From a virus, in IMG/VR virus record IMGVR_UViG_3300028384_001071, positions 1-64,000 of that record: a DNA stretch of 64,000 nt; one strand, written 5' to 3'. Within the stretch, counting starts at the first letter, position 1; every line of letters starts with the position of its first letter. Shown piece by piece: positions 35,122 to 45,400 of the stretch. The notes under the pieces were generated by a model. The model ran no database searches and had not been told where the DNA came from. It saw nothing but the letters and a program-made list of their open reading frames with translations. The position numbers and the translations under genes are program-made.

Positions 35122-35874
35122 ATGCTGCAAAAGCAGTCAGATGAAACCCGATCTTATATCTTAGATCTGGCAGGTATCTTACCTTCAGGTGTTACTGCTA
35201 CAAGCGTCTCAACCGCAACTGTTAACCCTTCAGGATTAACGGTAGCCAATGAGGCTGTCTTGAGCACTGAGACTGAAGGGGTGGAATCTTTGAGGGGTGT
35301 ATCTTTCGAAGCGAGTGGAGGTACCGATGGTTATGAGTATCGATTGCTCTTAACAATTACTGGATCAAATTCCATAGACTACGAAGTTATCTCACTTCTT
35401 GTTGTTTCTGATTCCTTGATAATCGATGACACTCATTACTACGGATCAGTCTGGGAAGCAAGCGAGTATCTTAGAAATGTGGCAAACACAAGTTCATGGG
35501 ATACTGCCGACAATAATGTTCAAAGATCAGCTTTGCAGCAAGCCACTCAGATGATCGACCGTTTGAACTTTAAGGGGTCAAAGAGTGTTAGCACTCAAGC
35601 TCTGCAATTCCCAAGATCAAAAGACACCGCAGTACCGAGTCAAATCAAACAAGCGACATACCACATTGCTGTGCAAATACTTGACGACATCGATGTCGAA
35701 CTTGAATATGCAGACATTAGAACAACTGAGGAATGGTATGCAAAAGTAAGAACCAAGACGGATACTACTTTTGCACAAGAACACACGTTAGCAGGCATAC
35801 CAAGTGTGCAGGCTTGGCACTTACTTAAACCGTTTCTGAGAGACGGTAGGCGACTCACAATTCTGAGAGGATAA
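35122..35874 (+). CDS. Head-tail connector-like protein (DnaT-like domain)
   Basis: ALQQAT..IDRLNFKG......QALQFPR. Confidence 0.65.
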   Translation: MLQKQSDETRSYILDLAGILPSGVTATSVSTATVNPSGLTVANEAVLSTETEGVESLRGVSFEASGGTDGYEYRLLLTITGSNSIDYEVISLLVVSDSLIIDDTHYYGSVWEASEYLRNVANTSSWDTADNNVQRSALQQATQMIDRLNFKGSKSVSTQALQFPRSKDTAVPSQIKQATYHIAVQILDDIDVELEYADIRTTEEWYAKVRTKTDTTFAQEHTLAGIPSVQAWHLLKPFLRDGRRLTILRG

Positions 35875-35876
35875 CA

Positions 35877-36290
35877 ATGCGAATTTCAAACGCAGCTGCT
35901 TTGGCGATGTGTGATGCCTTAGTAGACTTGCTTGATGCAGGTTCTGCCGCAGGCTATATCGAGATTCGAACAGGATCTCAACCGGCCACTGTTGAAACTG
36001 CAGCATCAGGCACTCTTTTGGCGACACTACCACTTAGTGATCCTGCTTTTGGATCTGCCGCCGACGATGATCCAGGTGGGACGGCGACCGCTGGCTCAAT
36101 CACCGATGACTCATCAGCAGATGCCACGGGTACTGCAGGGTGGTTCCGAGCGTACGACAGTGATGGCACTGCCATCATCGATGGTACTGCTGGAACTTCT
36201 GGAACTGACTTGATTCTCGACTCTGCGTCAATTACATCAGGTCAGACTGTTAAAATCAATTCATGGACAATCACAGTCCCTGAAGCGTAA
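35877..36290 (+). CDS. Virion structural protein
   Basis: GTLLATL.L..PAF, ADATGTAGWFR conserved phage family pattern. Confidence 0.7.
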   Translation: MRISNAAALAMCDALVDLLDAGSAAGYIEIRTGSQPATVETAASGTLLATLPLSDPAFGSAADDDPGGTATAGSITDDSSADATGTAGWFRAYDSDGTAIIDGTAGTSGTDLILDSASITSGQTVKINSWTITVPEA

Positions 36291-36375
36291 ACAACTTCAA
36301 CCTAGTCACTATGTGACGTAATCAGACGCCATCTTGCAAGCGTCATGATTTATCAAAACAGCAAGGGAGAACACG

Positions 36376-37254
36376 ATGAAGATTACTCTTATGCCTCAGT
36401 GGCAATTGGCACTTCCATTCAGCACTTTCTTCGAAGGTGAAGGTGATGGAGGTACTGGAGAAGGTGGAGGTACTGGAGAAGGTGGCGGCACCAGTGAAGG
36501 TGGCGGTACTGGCGAAGGTGGTGGCACCGGTGAGGGTGGCGGTACTGGAGAAGGTGGCGGTGAAGGTGGCGGTGAGAAGACCTTCACCCAAACAGAGTTG
36601 AACAAGATCCTCTCCCGCGAGCGTAAGGCTCAGCAAGACAAGACGAAGGCAACCATTACCGAGTTGGAAGAGCTTAGGAAGTCCAAGTCTCTGACAGAGC
36701 AGGACCGAGCGAAGCTCTCGACTCGAATCGAAACACTTCAGGATGAGTTGCTAACGAAGGAACAGTTGGCGGCCAAGGACAGGGAGAAGCTCAAGAAGCA
36801 GCACGGTGAGCAACTCGAAAAGGTGACCAGTGAGCGGGATACGTGGCAACGCCGCTTCCAGCAAGCTGAGATTCGTCGATCTATCGCAGACGCAGCATCC
36901 GACGCGGGTGCATTCTCTACTCGAGATATTCAAGCATTGCTGCAACCAAACACAACACTGCAAGAGGATCTGGACGATGACGGTGAAGCCACCGGAACGT
37001 TCACTCCCCGCGTCAAGTTCGCTGACACGGACAAGGACGGGAAGCAGATCACTCTTGACTTGACGGTAGCGGATGCTGTCAAACGTATGAAAGACCGAGT
37101 GGATGATTATGGTCACTTATTCCAGTCGACGGCCCAATCAGGGATGGGGTCAAGCGGCGGTGCCGGACGCGGGTCGGCCAAAGACGTCTCCAAGATGTCA
37201 CCCGCGGAATACCGAGAATATCGAAAGAAGCAGGGCATTGGTACCGTTCGGTAA
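36376..37254 (+). CDS. Capsid scaffolding protein
   Basis: GEGGGT repeats, KTFTQ.ELN motif, coiled coil, MSPAEYREYRK C-terminus; directly upstream of the coat gene. Confidence 0.85.
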   Translation: MKITLMPQWQLALPFSTFFEGEGDGGTGEGGGTGEGGGTSEGGGTGEGGGTGEGGGTGEGGGEGGGEKTFTQTELNKILSRERKAQQDKTKATITELEELRKSKSLTEQDRAKLSTRIETLQDELLTKEQLAAKDREKLKKQHGEQLEKVTSERDTWQRRFQQAEIRRSIADAASDAGAFSTRDIQALLQPNTTLQEDLDDDGEATGTFTPRVKFADTDKDGKQITLDLTVADAVKRMKDRVDDYGHLFQSTAQSGMGSSGGAGRGSAKDVSKMSPAEYREYRKKQGIGTVR

Positions 37255-37303
37255 CCACTATTAAGCCCATCTGAAACTCAATTCCTGAAAAGGTACAACT
37301 ACG

Positions 37304-38710
37304 ATGAAGATGATCAATCAGTACGCACTCGGTACTCCGTTTGCAACGTCCTTCGACAACGATCTCGATGCACTGGTCCCAGAACACTGGGCACAGGAAT
37401 CGCTCGCAATTCTTGAAGAGAACATGGTCGTGGGTATGCTCGTACACCGCGACTTCGAAAATGAGATCGCCTCTTTCGGTGATACAGTTAACACTCGCAA
37501 ACCGGGTGAGTTCAAGGGTAAGCGAAAAGGCGTCAATGACGATGTCACCGTACAGGACGCTACCAGCACGAACATTCCTGTCAAACTGGATCAGCACGTT
37601 CACACGTCCTTCCTGATCCGTGACGGTGAAGAGTCGAAGTCCTTCAAGAGCCTGATCGAAGAGTACCTCGGCCCTGCGATGATCGCACAGGCTCGATTCG
37701 TCGATCAAGTCGTTCTCGGCCAGTTCCCGCAGTTCTTCGCGAACAGCTACGGTGGTCTCGGAACAATCAGCGAAGATAATGCCAAGGATCGCATCTTGGG
37801 TATTCGCAACGTCATGAACCAGACCAAGGCCCACACCAGTGGTCGCAACTTGATCTGGTCGCCAGACGGCGAAACGGCAGCTTTGGGTGCGGAACTGTTC
37901 ATCAGTGCTGAGAAGCGTGGTGACGAAGGTACTGCACTCCGAGAAGCCAGTCTCGGCCGCCTGTTAGGTATGGACCACTGGATGGCTCAGAACATGTCAG
38001 CGTACGCTGACGGTGACGTCGCTGCTTCCGGTGCGGTCAACAGCGCTAATGGCTATGCCAAAGGCACTACGAGCTTCGCAATCGACGGTTTCTCAACCGC
38101 AATCGGTGCGAACTCTTGGATCAAGGTTGAAGGCGATGACACCCCTCTGCGAGTTGTCACCACAGTCGGCGGTTCAACGCCAACAAGCGTGACAGTCGCT
38201 TCTCCGGGCCTCGGCAAAGCTGTGAGCGATGACGCTGTCGTCACTCACTACGGCTCTGGTGCTGTGAACCTCGCTGGCGGTTACTCTGTTGGTTACGACA
38301 AGTACATTGCTTTCGATGGCTTCACCGTGACCCCTCAGGTTGGCCAGTTTGTCACATTCGGCACTTCTGCGTCGTCTGCGGTCTACACGATCGTCGATGT
38401 CGAAGGTGCAACTCTCCTGCTGGACCGTCCGCTCGAAGCGGGTCTTGCTGACGACGATGTCGTCAACTTGGGTCCGGGTGGAAATTACAACTTCGCGTTC
38501 CATCGCAATGCAGTTGCTCTGGTCACTCGACCACTTGCTCAGCCTCGAACCGGTGCTGGTGCGTTGTCTGCCGTTGTGAACTACAACGGTCTGTCAATGC
38601 GTGCCGTCATCACGTACGACGGTAACAAGCAGGGTCACTTGGTGACGCTCGACATGTTGTGCGGTGTGAAGGTACTGGATACCGACTTGGGTGCAGTTCT
38701 TTACGGCTAA
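37304..38710 (+). CDS. Major capsid protein (P22 coat-like) with inserted domains
   Basis: PE.WA.E.L..LE, GDTVN.RKP, FHRNA.ALVTRPL, D.L.GVK.LD. Confidence 0.9.
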   Translation: MKMINQYALGTPFATSFDNDLDALVPEHWAQESLAILEENMVVGMLVHRDFENEIASFGDTVNTRKPGEFKGKRKGVNDDVTVQDATSTNIPVKLDQHVHTSFLIRDGEESKSFKSLIEEYLGPAMIAQARFVDQVVLGQFPQFFANSYGGLGTISEDNAKDRILGIRNVMNQTKAHTSGRNLIWSPDGETAALGAELFISAEKRGDEGTALREASLGRLLGMDHWMAQNMSAYADGDVAASGAVNSANGYAKGTTSFAIDGFSTAIGANSWIKVEGDDTPLRVVTTVGGSTPTSVTVASPGLGKAVSDDAVVTHYGSGAVNLAGGYSVGYDKYIAFDGFTVTPQVGQFVTFGTSASSAVYTIVDVEGATLLLDRPLEAGLADDDVVNLGPGGNYNFAFHRNAVALVTRPLAQPRTGAGALSAVVNYNGLSMRAVITYDGNKQGHLVTLDMLCGVKVLDTDLGAVLYG

Positions 38711-38723
38711 GATTCGCGGCTGG

Positions 38724-38752
38724 GTGAGGCCCATTTCGGTGGGCCTCACTTT
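38724..38752 (+). terminator. Intrinsic terminator after the capsid gene
   Basis: gtgaggccca-tttcgg-tgggcctcac-ttt. Confidence 0.8.
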
Positions 38753-38773
38753 AACCCTTAGTCGGAGGACACA

Positions 38774-39043
38774 ATGGGAGATAACCATCCAAACCCCGTC
38801 ACTCGGGTCATGACTCACAGTACTCCTATTACAACAGCACTGGCGATTGCTATCGCCGCCTTATGCTTCTGGATCGGACAAGAATCTGCCACATTGAAAG
38901 CCGGTGTGTCTCAGAATTCAGTTTCGATAGAGTCAGAGACGCGTGAGTCACGTGAGTGGCGTAAGGAAGTCCAACTTATCATATCCAAGCTGACATCGTT
39001 GTCAGAAGATAACAAACGTCGATTGGATCTGTTGGAAGAGTAA
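38774..39043 (+). CDS. Single-TM coiled-coil protein (possibly holin-like)
   Basis: GGAGG RBS; TM segment TALAIAIAALCFWIG. Confidence 0.5.
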   Translation: MGDNHPNPVTRVMTHSTPITTALAIAIAALCFWIGQESATLKAGVSQNSVSIESETRESREWRKEVQLIISKLTSLSEDNKRRLDLLEE

Positions 39044-39047
39044 CCCG

Positions 39048-39527
39048 ATGCCATCCAACCAGCTTCAGTTTATAAGACGGACGCTATACCGGCTGAAGCA
39101 TCGGTATGGTGCCGAGGCGGAATTCTACGTTGAAGGTGAGCTAGTCGTCGATGAGGAAGCAGGGACTGCTACCAAGGCGAGGGCGAAATACAAGATACGT
39201 AAAGTCATTCGATTACCTGAAGATCAAGAGAGATTTGATCCAAGGTACTTGCAATTCACGAGTCCGAACGGAACCACCTTTGATGGTTCCGTTCGGTCAT
39301 TCATAGTTGACGGTAGAGATCTCTCCGGCTTTGAGCCGAACACCGCAACGTATCTGATATGCAATGGACAGCGGTACAACATCAAGGCTGTGGAAGAGTT
39401 GGACTTCAATGCAGGGTACATGTTCGTCGGTAAGTATACCGAAGGAGCCCCACTTGAACGTATATTGGAAGAGTCTCTCTCAAATCAGGTTAGTCTGACG
39501 CAGGGGGTGACTAATGAGTTCGATTAA
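39048..39527 (+). CDS. Head closure/adaptor protein
   Basis: Position; C-terminal GQRYNIK.VEE motif. Confidence 0.55.
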   Translation: MPSNQLQFIRRTLYRLKHRYGAEAEFYVEGELVVDEEAGTATKARAKYKIRKVIRLPEDQERFDPRYLQFTSPNGTTFDGSVRSFIVDGRDLSGFEPNTATYLICNGQRYNIKAVEELDFNAGYMFVGKYTEGAPLERILEESLSNQVSLTQGVTNEFD

Positions 39528-39984
39528 CGAGAATTGGGTCAGATGGTGTCACCACTCTATAGTGAAGCACTTCTACGACATTCTCAAAGATGAAGGTGAA
39601 TGGTATGTTGAAGGCCGGATGCGTCCGGAGAATGAAACATACCCTCGCTATGAACTCCGTATTGATGGACCTCACTTCAATGAAATATCAAATGCGTATT
39701 GGTACATAGACGTTGAAATCAACATCGCCATTTTGACGGTGCGTGATGACAAGGATATGTACCAACATCAGAGATTAGTTGGTAAAGCCACTACGTGCTT
39801 TACTGATGACATACTCGTATACCAATTCGGTGAGACAGATAATCCTCTCCTTGGATGTTTCCGGGAGATGACAACGAGCAAGTTCGGTGAGAAGATTGTA
39901 GTGACAAACTATGGCGTCATCGGTGCCACAAGAATCACAGCTTCAACAGCCGAGGGTCACTACCGCATGTGTCTAAAAGGGTGA
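39514..39984 (+). CDS. Tail terminator-like protein
   Basis: Position immediately before the tail tube gene. Confidence 0.5.
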   Translation: MSSINENWVRWCHHSIVKHFYDILKDEGEWYVEGRMRPENETYPRYELRIDGPHFNEISNAYWYIDVEINIAILTVRDDKDMYQHQRLVGKATTCFTDDILVYQFGETDNPLLGCFREMTTSKFGEKIVVTNYGVIGATRITASTAEGHYRMCLKG

Positions 39985-39990
39985 TCGACA

Positions 39991-40476
39991 ATGGCACAAA
40001 TTGATTTCAAGAAAGCTACCGTCAAAATCAAAGACGGTACTACTCCGACGCCGAATGAACTTACAGTAGTCATTGGTGAAGGAAACCTGACTTACACTGA
40101 GCGAGTCAATCGTGAATACACTCTCGACCGAGGTGTCATCTACGGTGTCCGTGACGGTGATGAAGAGCCGATGGATGTCTCTCTCGAATTCCTCTGGGAA
40201 TTCCTGACTGCTTCCACGGGTGAAACTCCAACGATTGAAGACGCCTTTAAGAATCGAGGCGAAGCAAGCGCTTGGGTGACGAGCGGGGACGACCCGTGTG
40301 AGCCGTTCGCCGTGGACATTGAAGTGGTTTACACTCCAGACTGTCCCGGCGTCGAGAATGAGACAATTGTCTTGCCGGAATTCCGATACGAAGAGTTGGA
40401 GCATGACTTCGATGCCGGTTCGGTCTCTGTCTCCGGTAAGTGTAACGCCAAAGAAGCAACTGTCAGCCGGGCGTAA
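39991..40476 (+). CDS. Tail tube (major tail) protein
   Basis: Acidic, beta-rich, 161 aa, upstream of chaperone and tape measure. Confidence 0.7.
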   Translation: MAQIDFKKATVKIKDGTTPTPNELTVVIGEGNLTYTERVNREYTLDRGVIYGVRDGDEEPMDVSLEFLWEFLTASTGETPTIEDAFKNRGEASAWVTSGDDPCEPFAVDIEVVYTPDCPGVENETIVLPEFRYEELEHDFDAGSVSVSGKCNAKEATVSRA

Positions 40477-40482
40477 TTCGCG

Positions 40483-40973
40483 ATGGCAGCAATCTCTTCA
40501 GTTAATGTTGTCGCACGCCTCACGGCTACCACAACGAAACCTGTCGCAGACGGATCATCTGTAGTACTGGGATACACGCAGGGCATCTACAAAGGTGCCC
40601 TGACGATGCTGATCTCTTCTACAATGATCGTCTGACAATTACGAACGGTGGTGCAACCGACCTCGACCTCTCAGGCACGCTTGAGAATCAGCTTGGCGAA
40701 GTTCAAACCTTCGTCACATTGTTCGGGATCTATGTGTACAATCGATCGACAACTGCGCCTGACGTTCTTCACGTCGGCGGAGACGCCAATGCTGTACCCC
40801 TGTTCGGTGCGGTGGCAGACTACCAGATCGTCGGGCCGGGTGGAGTTCTTCTCCTCGTGAACCCAACGGATGGCTGGGCTGTCACTGCCACAACAGGCGA
40901 CATCATTGAAATCGCGAATCCAGGCGGAAATGACATCGACTGTGATGTCGCCCTGCTGGGCCGCTCAACGTAA
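40483..40973 (+). pseudogene. Virion protein split by a -1 frameshift near 40600
   Basis: ATG 40483 frame (MAAISS...YKGALT) continues in the -1 frame as DADLFYNDRLT...DLDLSG...VGPGG...GWAVTATTGD. Confidence 0.65.
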
Positions 40974-41031
40974 TCTGAACGCACGGCACCTCACTTGAGG
41001 TGTCGTGCATATTTCCCATCGGAGACTTATC

Positions 41032-41508
41032 ATGAAATTCGGCGGACGCGAAGTCAAACCCAATATCGTACTCGTTCCTATTCCACGCGACAACGACGAC
41101 GATTTCATCTTCCAGTTGAAAGCAGTTCCTGACCTTGAGAAGTTCATCGAACTGTGCCCTGAACCAAAGCCACCGAAGAAGACCTTCCCAGGTGGCCGGA
41201 CGGCAGTGGATCGTGAAGATCCAGAGTTCACCAAGAAGCTCGAAGAACACGCAGAATACCGATTCCATTACATGGCCATCGAATCCCTCAAGGCAACAGA
41301 AGCCTTGGAGTGGGATACTGTCGACCATCTGAATCCTGAAACATGGTCCAATTGGATCGATGAGATGAAGGAAGCTGGCTTCACTGAGGTGGAAGTCAAC
41401 AGAGTGGTCAATGGAGTGATGGATGTAAACTGCCTAAATGAAGAGCGAGTCGAGGAGGCAAGGGCTCGTTTTTTAGCTGGACAACAGGCAGACCCAGAAA
41501 GCGAATAA
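41032..41508 (+). CDS. Tail assembly chaperone (G)
   Basis: GGAG RBS; ends EEARARFLA at the slippery site. Confidence 0.8.
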   Translation: MKFGGREVKPNIVLVPIPRDNDDDFIFQLKAVPDLEKFIELCPEPKPPKKTFPGGRTAVDREDPEFTKKLEEHAEYRFHYMAIESLKATEALEWDTVDHLNPETWSNWIDEMKEAGFTEVEVNRVVNGVMDVNCLNEERVEEARARFLAGQQADPESE

Positions 41509-41714
41509 CTCCGAAAGGCCGGACACAGCTCTACACTCTTTGGCGAGCCTGTGAACGACTGAACATCCGACCGCCCGGTGTTAAGCCCAATCTCGATGAT
41601 TGTAGCTTCGAGACTTTGACAAATATCATAGCCTTTCATCAAATCCGTGAATTGGAAGAAGCGGATGAGTTTGAGGCTATGGTCAAAGCATCAGCCGGAG
41701 GTAAGTTGAAATGA
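41469..41714 (+). CDS. -1 frameshift extension (GT) of the tail assembly chaperone
   Basis: T TTT TTA at 41469-41475; -1 frame open (WRACERLNIRPP...) to TGA 41714. Confidence 0.8.
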   Translation, partial: FFSWTTGRPRKRITPKGRTQLYTLWRACERLNIRPPGVKPNLDDCSFETLTNIIAFHQIRELEEADEFEAMVKASAGGKLK

Positions 41715-42409
41715 GTTTCGTCAGTATGCAAGCTGACCTGTTGAAGATTAAGGAAGACGTGGCCATCAAGTTGATAAGAGCAGCGGTGCGGCAGCAAATG
41801 CGTGTTGCCGCCCGTGCTTTTATCAGAGCAGCATTTCCTAGAGTGCCGGTTGATACCGGTATGTCTCGGGGTGCTTTCCTTGGGGTAGCTAAAGCCTTGA
41901 GAGTCAAGGTGCCGATCGCCCCGAGAAGATTCCGAACAGTAACGATTGACGGTAAGAACTACAAGCTCGATAATACCAAGCAACGGTATAAGAACGGGCA
42001 AATCAAGTCTCCCGATTTAGGTACGAGACTAACTGATGTGAACAGTGTTCCGAGTAAGGGAATATCACAAGGCGGTGTGATACTTACACGTGGTAGCAAG
42101 TTCACCTTTAGATTGAATGTGAACATCTTGCAATATGACATACATGATGCTGGTACTTGGAGGGCATTAGAAGCAGGCCGTGCCGCCTTCACTCAGCATA
42201 TGTTGACAGTTGCATCGACCCGACTTCCTACAATTGACAAGTACCTTGTCAAGAGTACGTTGAAAGTGAACGGTCAAACTATTACAAAATCGAAGGAACA
42301 ATTCCTACGACGACGCATACCTAACTTGAGAGACAGAGAACGCTCTGCTTTCGAGTTGGGACTGACAAGCGGTGAAGGTCTCGGTGATCTTCCAGTTGAT
42401 CAAATCTGA
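41711..42409 (+). CDS. HK97 gp10-like tail completion protein
   Basis: RVPVDTG motif, basic. Confidence 0.6.
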   Translation: MSFVSMQADLLKIKEDVAIKLIRAAVRQQMRVAARAFIRAAFPRVPVDTGMSRGAFLGVAKALRVKVPIAPRRFRTVTIDGKNYKLDNTKQRYKNGQIKSPDLGTRLTDVNSVPSKGISQGGVILTRGSKFTFRLNVNILQYDIHDAGTWRALEAGRAAFTQHMLTVASTRLPTIDKYLVKSTLKVNGQTITKSKEQFLRRRIPNLRDRERSAFELGLTSGEGLGDLPVDQI

Positions 42410-42417
42410 GGTGACCC

Positions 42418-45400
42418 ATGACACAGAATGTGCAATTTGGAGGTAACACCGCAGGCTTGGAATCCGCATTGAAGCGGGTGAATAAGTTCTTCGATGCGAC
42501 TAACAACAAGATCAAATCTGTTAGTCGAGCATCGGTATCACTTAACAAGCGTGGCGGCGAACTCCGAACAACAATCAGTGGATTGACAGTCGATGGTCAA
42601 CGATTCACTGCGACACTTGACCGTGTCAAGACCAAAACCGGGAAGCTGACGAAGGATTGGAAGGTGATGAGAGTCGCCACCGACTCCGCCGCTGAAGGTC
42701 AGAAGCGTCTTCAAAAGGAATTGAAACGAACATCGGCTGAGGCAGCTAAAGTCAGTGCCCAGCAAGCAAAGATCAATAACAGGAAGGAAGCATCAAGATT
42801 CCTGAGAAGTAACATCACAGGTAACAGGCAATTGTTCCCTGATGGTTTTGGCTCAGGTACTACCGATGCTCAAAGGGCTAATGTCCAAGCTGCGATTGCA
42901 GCCACTGGTCGACTTATCGAACGTGGCGAGTTCACTCGGCAGCAGTTCGCACGGGTCGGCAACGACATCCGGAATAACTTGAACGCAGCGTTCACAGGTC
43001 CGGAGGCTAAGGCGGCAGCAGCCTTCCGTCGAATTGACGCAGCGATGCGGAACACTGGGACCACGGCTCAAGAGGCCGCGAAGAAGGTGATCTTGACATG
43101 GACTGGTGTAATTAGGCTGTTTGCAGTTCAAGCCTTGCACTTGGTTATCGGACGGATAATAAGCAGCTTCCGGGAAATGGTCACAACAACCGTTGACCTT
43201 TCGAAACGGATTGCGGAGATAGGGACGATCTCGCGTAACGCAAACGCAGGATTCGGGGAATGGTCAAGTGTGTTGAAGGAAGTATCCAATAACTTTGGAT
43301 TGGATCTTCTAGATGTGGCCGAGGGTGCATATCAAGCACTGTCAAACCAAGTAGCGAATGCCGCAACTGTTCAAGGCTTCTTAAACGAAGCCGCGTCATT
43401 CGGTCGAATTACAAACTCTAGTTTGACAGACTCTGTAAACCTTCTGTCGTCAGCAGTCAATGCTTATTCGTCACAAGGATTGTCAGCCGCCCGAGCATCA
43501 GAAGTCTTCTTCAAGACTATTGAACTTGGCCGTGTTCGTGCATCTGAACTAGCCAACACGTTAGGTACATTACTGCCGCTTACTTCACAGTTAGGTGTGT
43601 CGGTTGAAGAAGCCGCAGCAAGTGTTGCGACTCTGACCATTCAAGGTATCAGATCTGACACAGCGTTGACACTCATGCGTAATGTCATGCTTGGCCTTAT
43701 TAAGCCAACCGACAGCATGAAGCAGTTGATGGAAGAATGGGGTGTTAGCACTGGTGAAGCGGCGATCGCTACATTCGGATTGTCCGGAGTTCTTGAGCGA
43801 TTGAACCAAGAAGCCCTTAGCGGTGGGATTACTCGTATCGGTGAACTAGCGGGCCGTCTGCGAAACATTCAAGGTGTCATCGGTACTACCGGTAACGCCT
43901 TTGGTAAATTCAACGACAACCTTCGTGAAATTCAAGAAAATGCAGCCTCGTCATTCGACATTGCAGATCGCATAGCATCGAACTCACTGGGCAATCGACT
44001 GTCGGTACAGTTCCGGGAATTCCAGAACTTCTTCCGGACAGAACTAGGCCCTGCACTTTCGAGAAGTATCGCAGACCTTGTTGATAGGTTCGGAGGTGTT
44101 GATACAATCTTGAAGAATCTGATCGGACCATTCCAATCATTCTTCAATATCATGTCATCATTCACCGAAGTGATCACAGCAGTCATAACTCCCATCGCGG
44201 ATATGGCAAGTAGTTTAGGATTAGTCTCAGCCGGTGGAAGCCTACTCGGACCAATCTTAGCGGCACTGACTGTTCGATGGGTTACAATGCGTGCCCAAGT
44301 CGTGGCATCGTCTGCTGCGACATTGTTAGCAGCGGCAGCTAAAGGTAAGCTCGGAGTATCTGCCCGTAGACTCGGTGCAATAATCCGATTGAATCGAATC
44401 CGGTTCAAGAATCTAACAGCATCTATAAGAGCCAACGCTCAAGCGGCAACTCTTCTGAATGCTGGTAGTAGAGCTTTGAGTGTCACAACTAGACTACTCG
44501 GATCTGCCTATCAGAGGGTGACAGCCTTCTTAATCCAGAACCGGATAGCTCAAGGCGTCTCGAATTTCACTACTAAGATTGCAACCACAACTCAGAGTTT
44601 GTTCAGAACTGCCCTTCTTGCGACGACATTTCAATTAGGCATTTTCCGAGCAGCGTTACTTCAAACAAACATCGGCACGAAGCTGGTAAACGTATCCTTG
44701 AACATCGCAGCAATTGGTACGAGGTTGTTTGGTTCGAGTTCAGCGATCGCAGCCGGTGGGGTGTTAGCTCTGACAGTTGCTACACGAGCGTTGGCTATCG
44801 CAGTCAATTCGGCATTCTTCTTCCTACCATTACTGATTGGATTCTTCATTGAAGCCGGTCAAGCGGCGGAAATGGAGTTTGCTAATAAGCTCGATGTCGC
44901 AGTCGAAGAGTCTCGAAGGTTAGGTCAGGAATCCTTAAAGGAACTGAACAAGAGTCTCGATGAGAACAAAGTAGCCTTCACGGATGTGGCAGATGCAATA
45001 TCTGGTAAGTATCTGAAGGCCATCGCTGAGGTCCGTCGAGAAGCATTGAAGCTGTCAGGTGAAGAACTTAACGGAGCCTTTGATGGTTCTCTGGGTTCTA
45101 TCAATCCTGATGATCTTGCTCAAGAACTAGGATTCGACAACAAGACAGCCAAGGATGCGGCTAAGGAAGCTGTTAAGTCGATCGAAGATAGCCGCTCGAA
45201 AGTCGAGAAGCTATTGTCGTCTATCACCGAGCTGCAAGAAGGAATTGCAGATCGTGCGTTGACGACGACCGCTGATAGTATCAAAGCAGCATCTGGTAAT
45301 CTTGAAGAAGTCGCCTTCTTGCAAGGCGAGCTTGAGAAGCTACTGACTCGTTCAGATACCTTCTTCGCATCAGGCGACCTTGACTCTGCAGAGCGAACCC

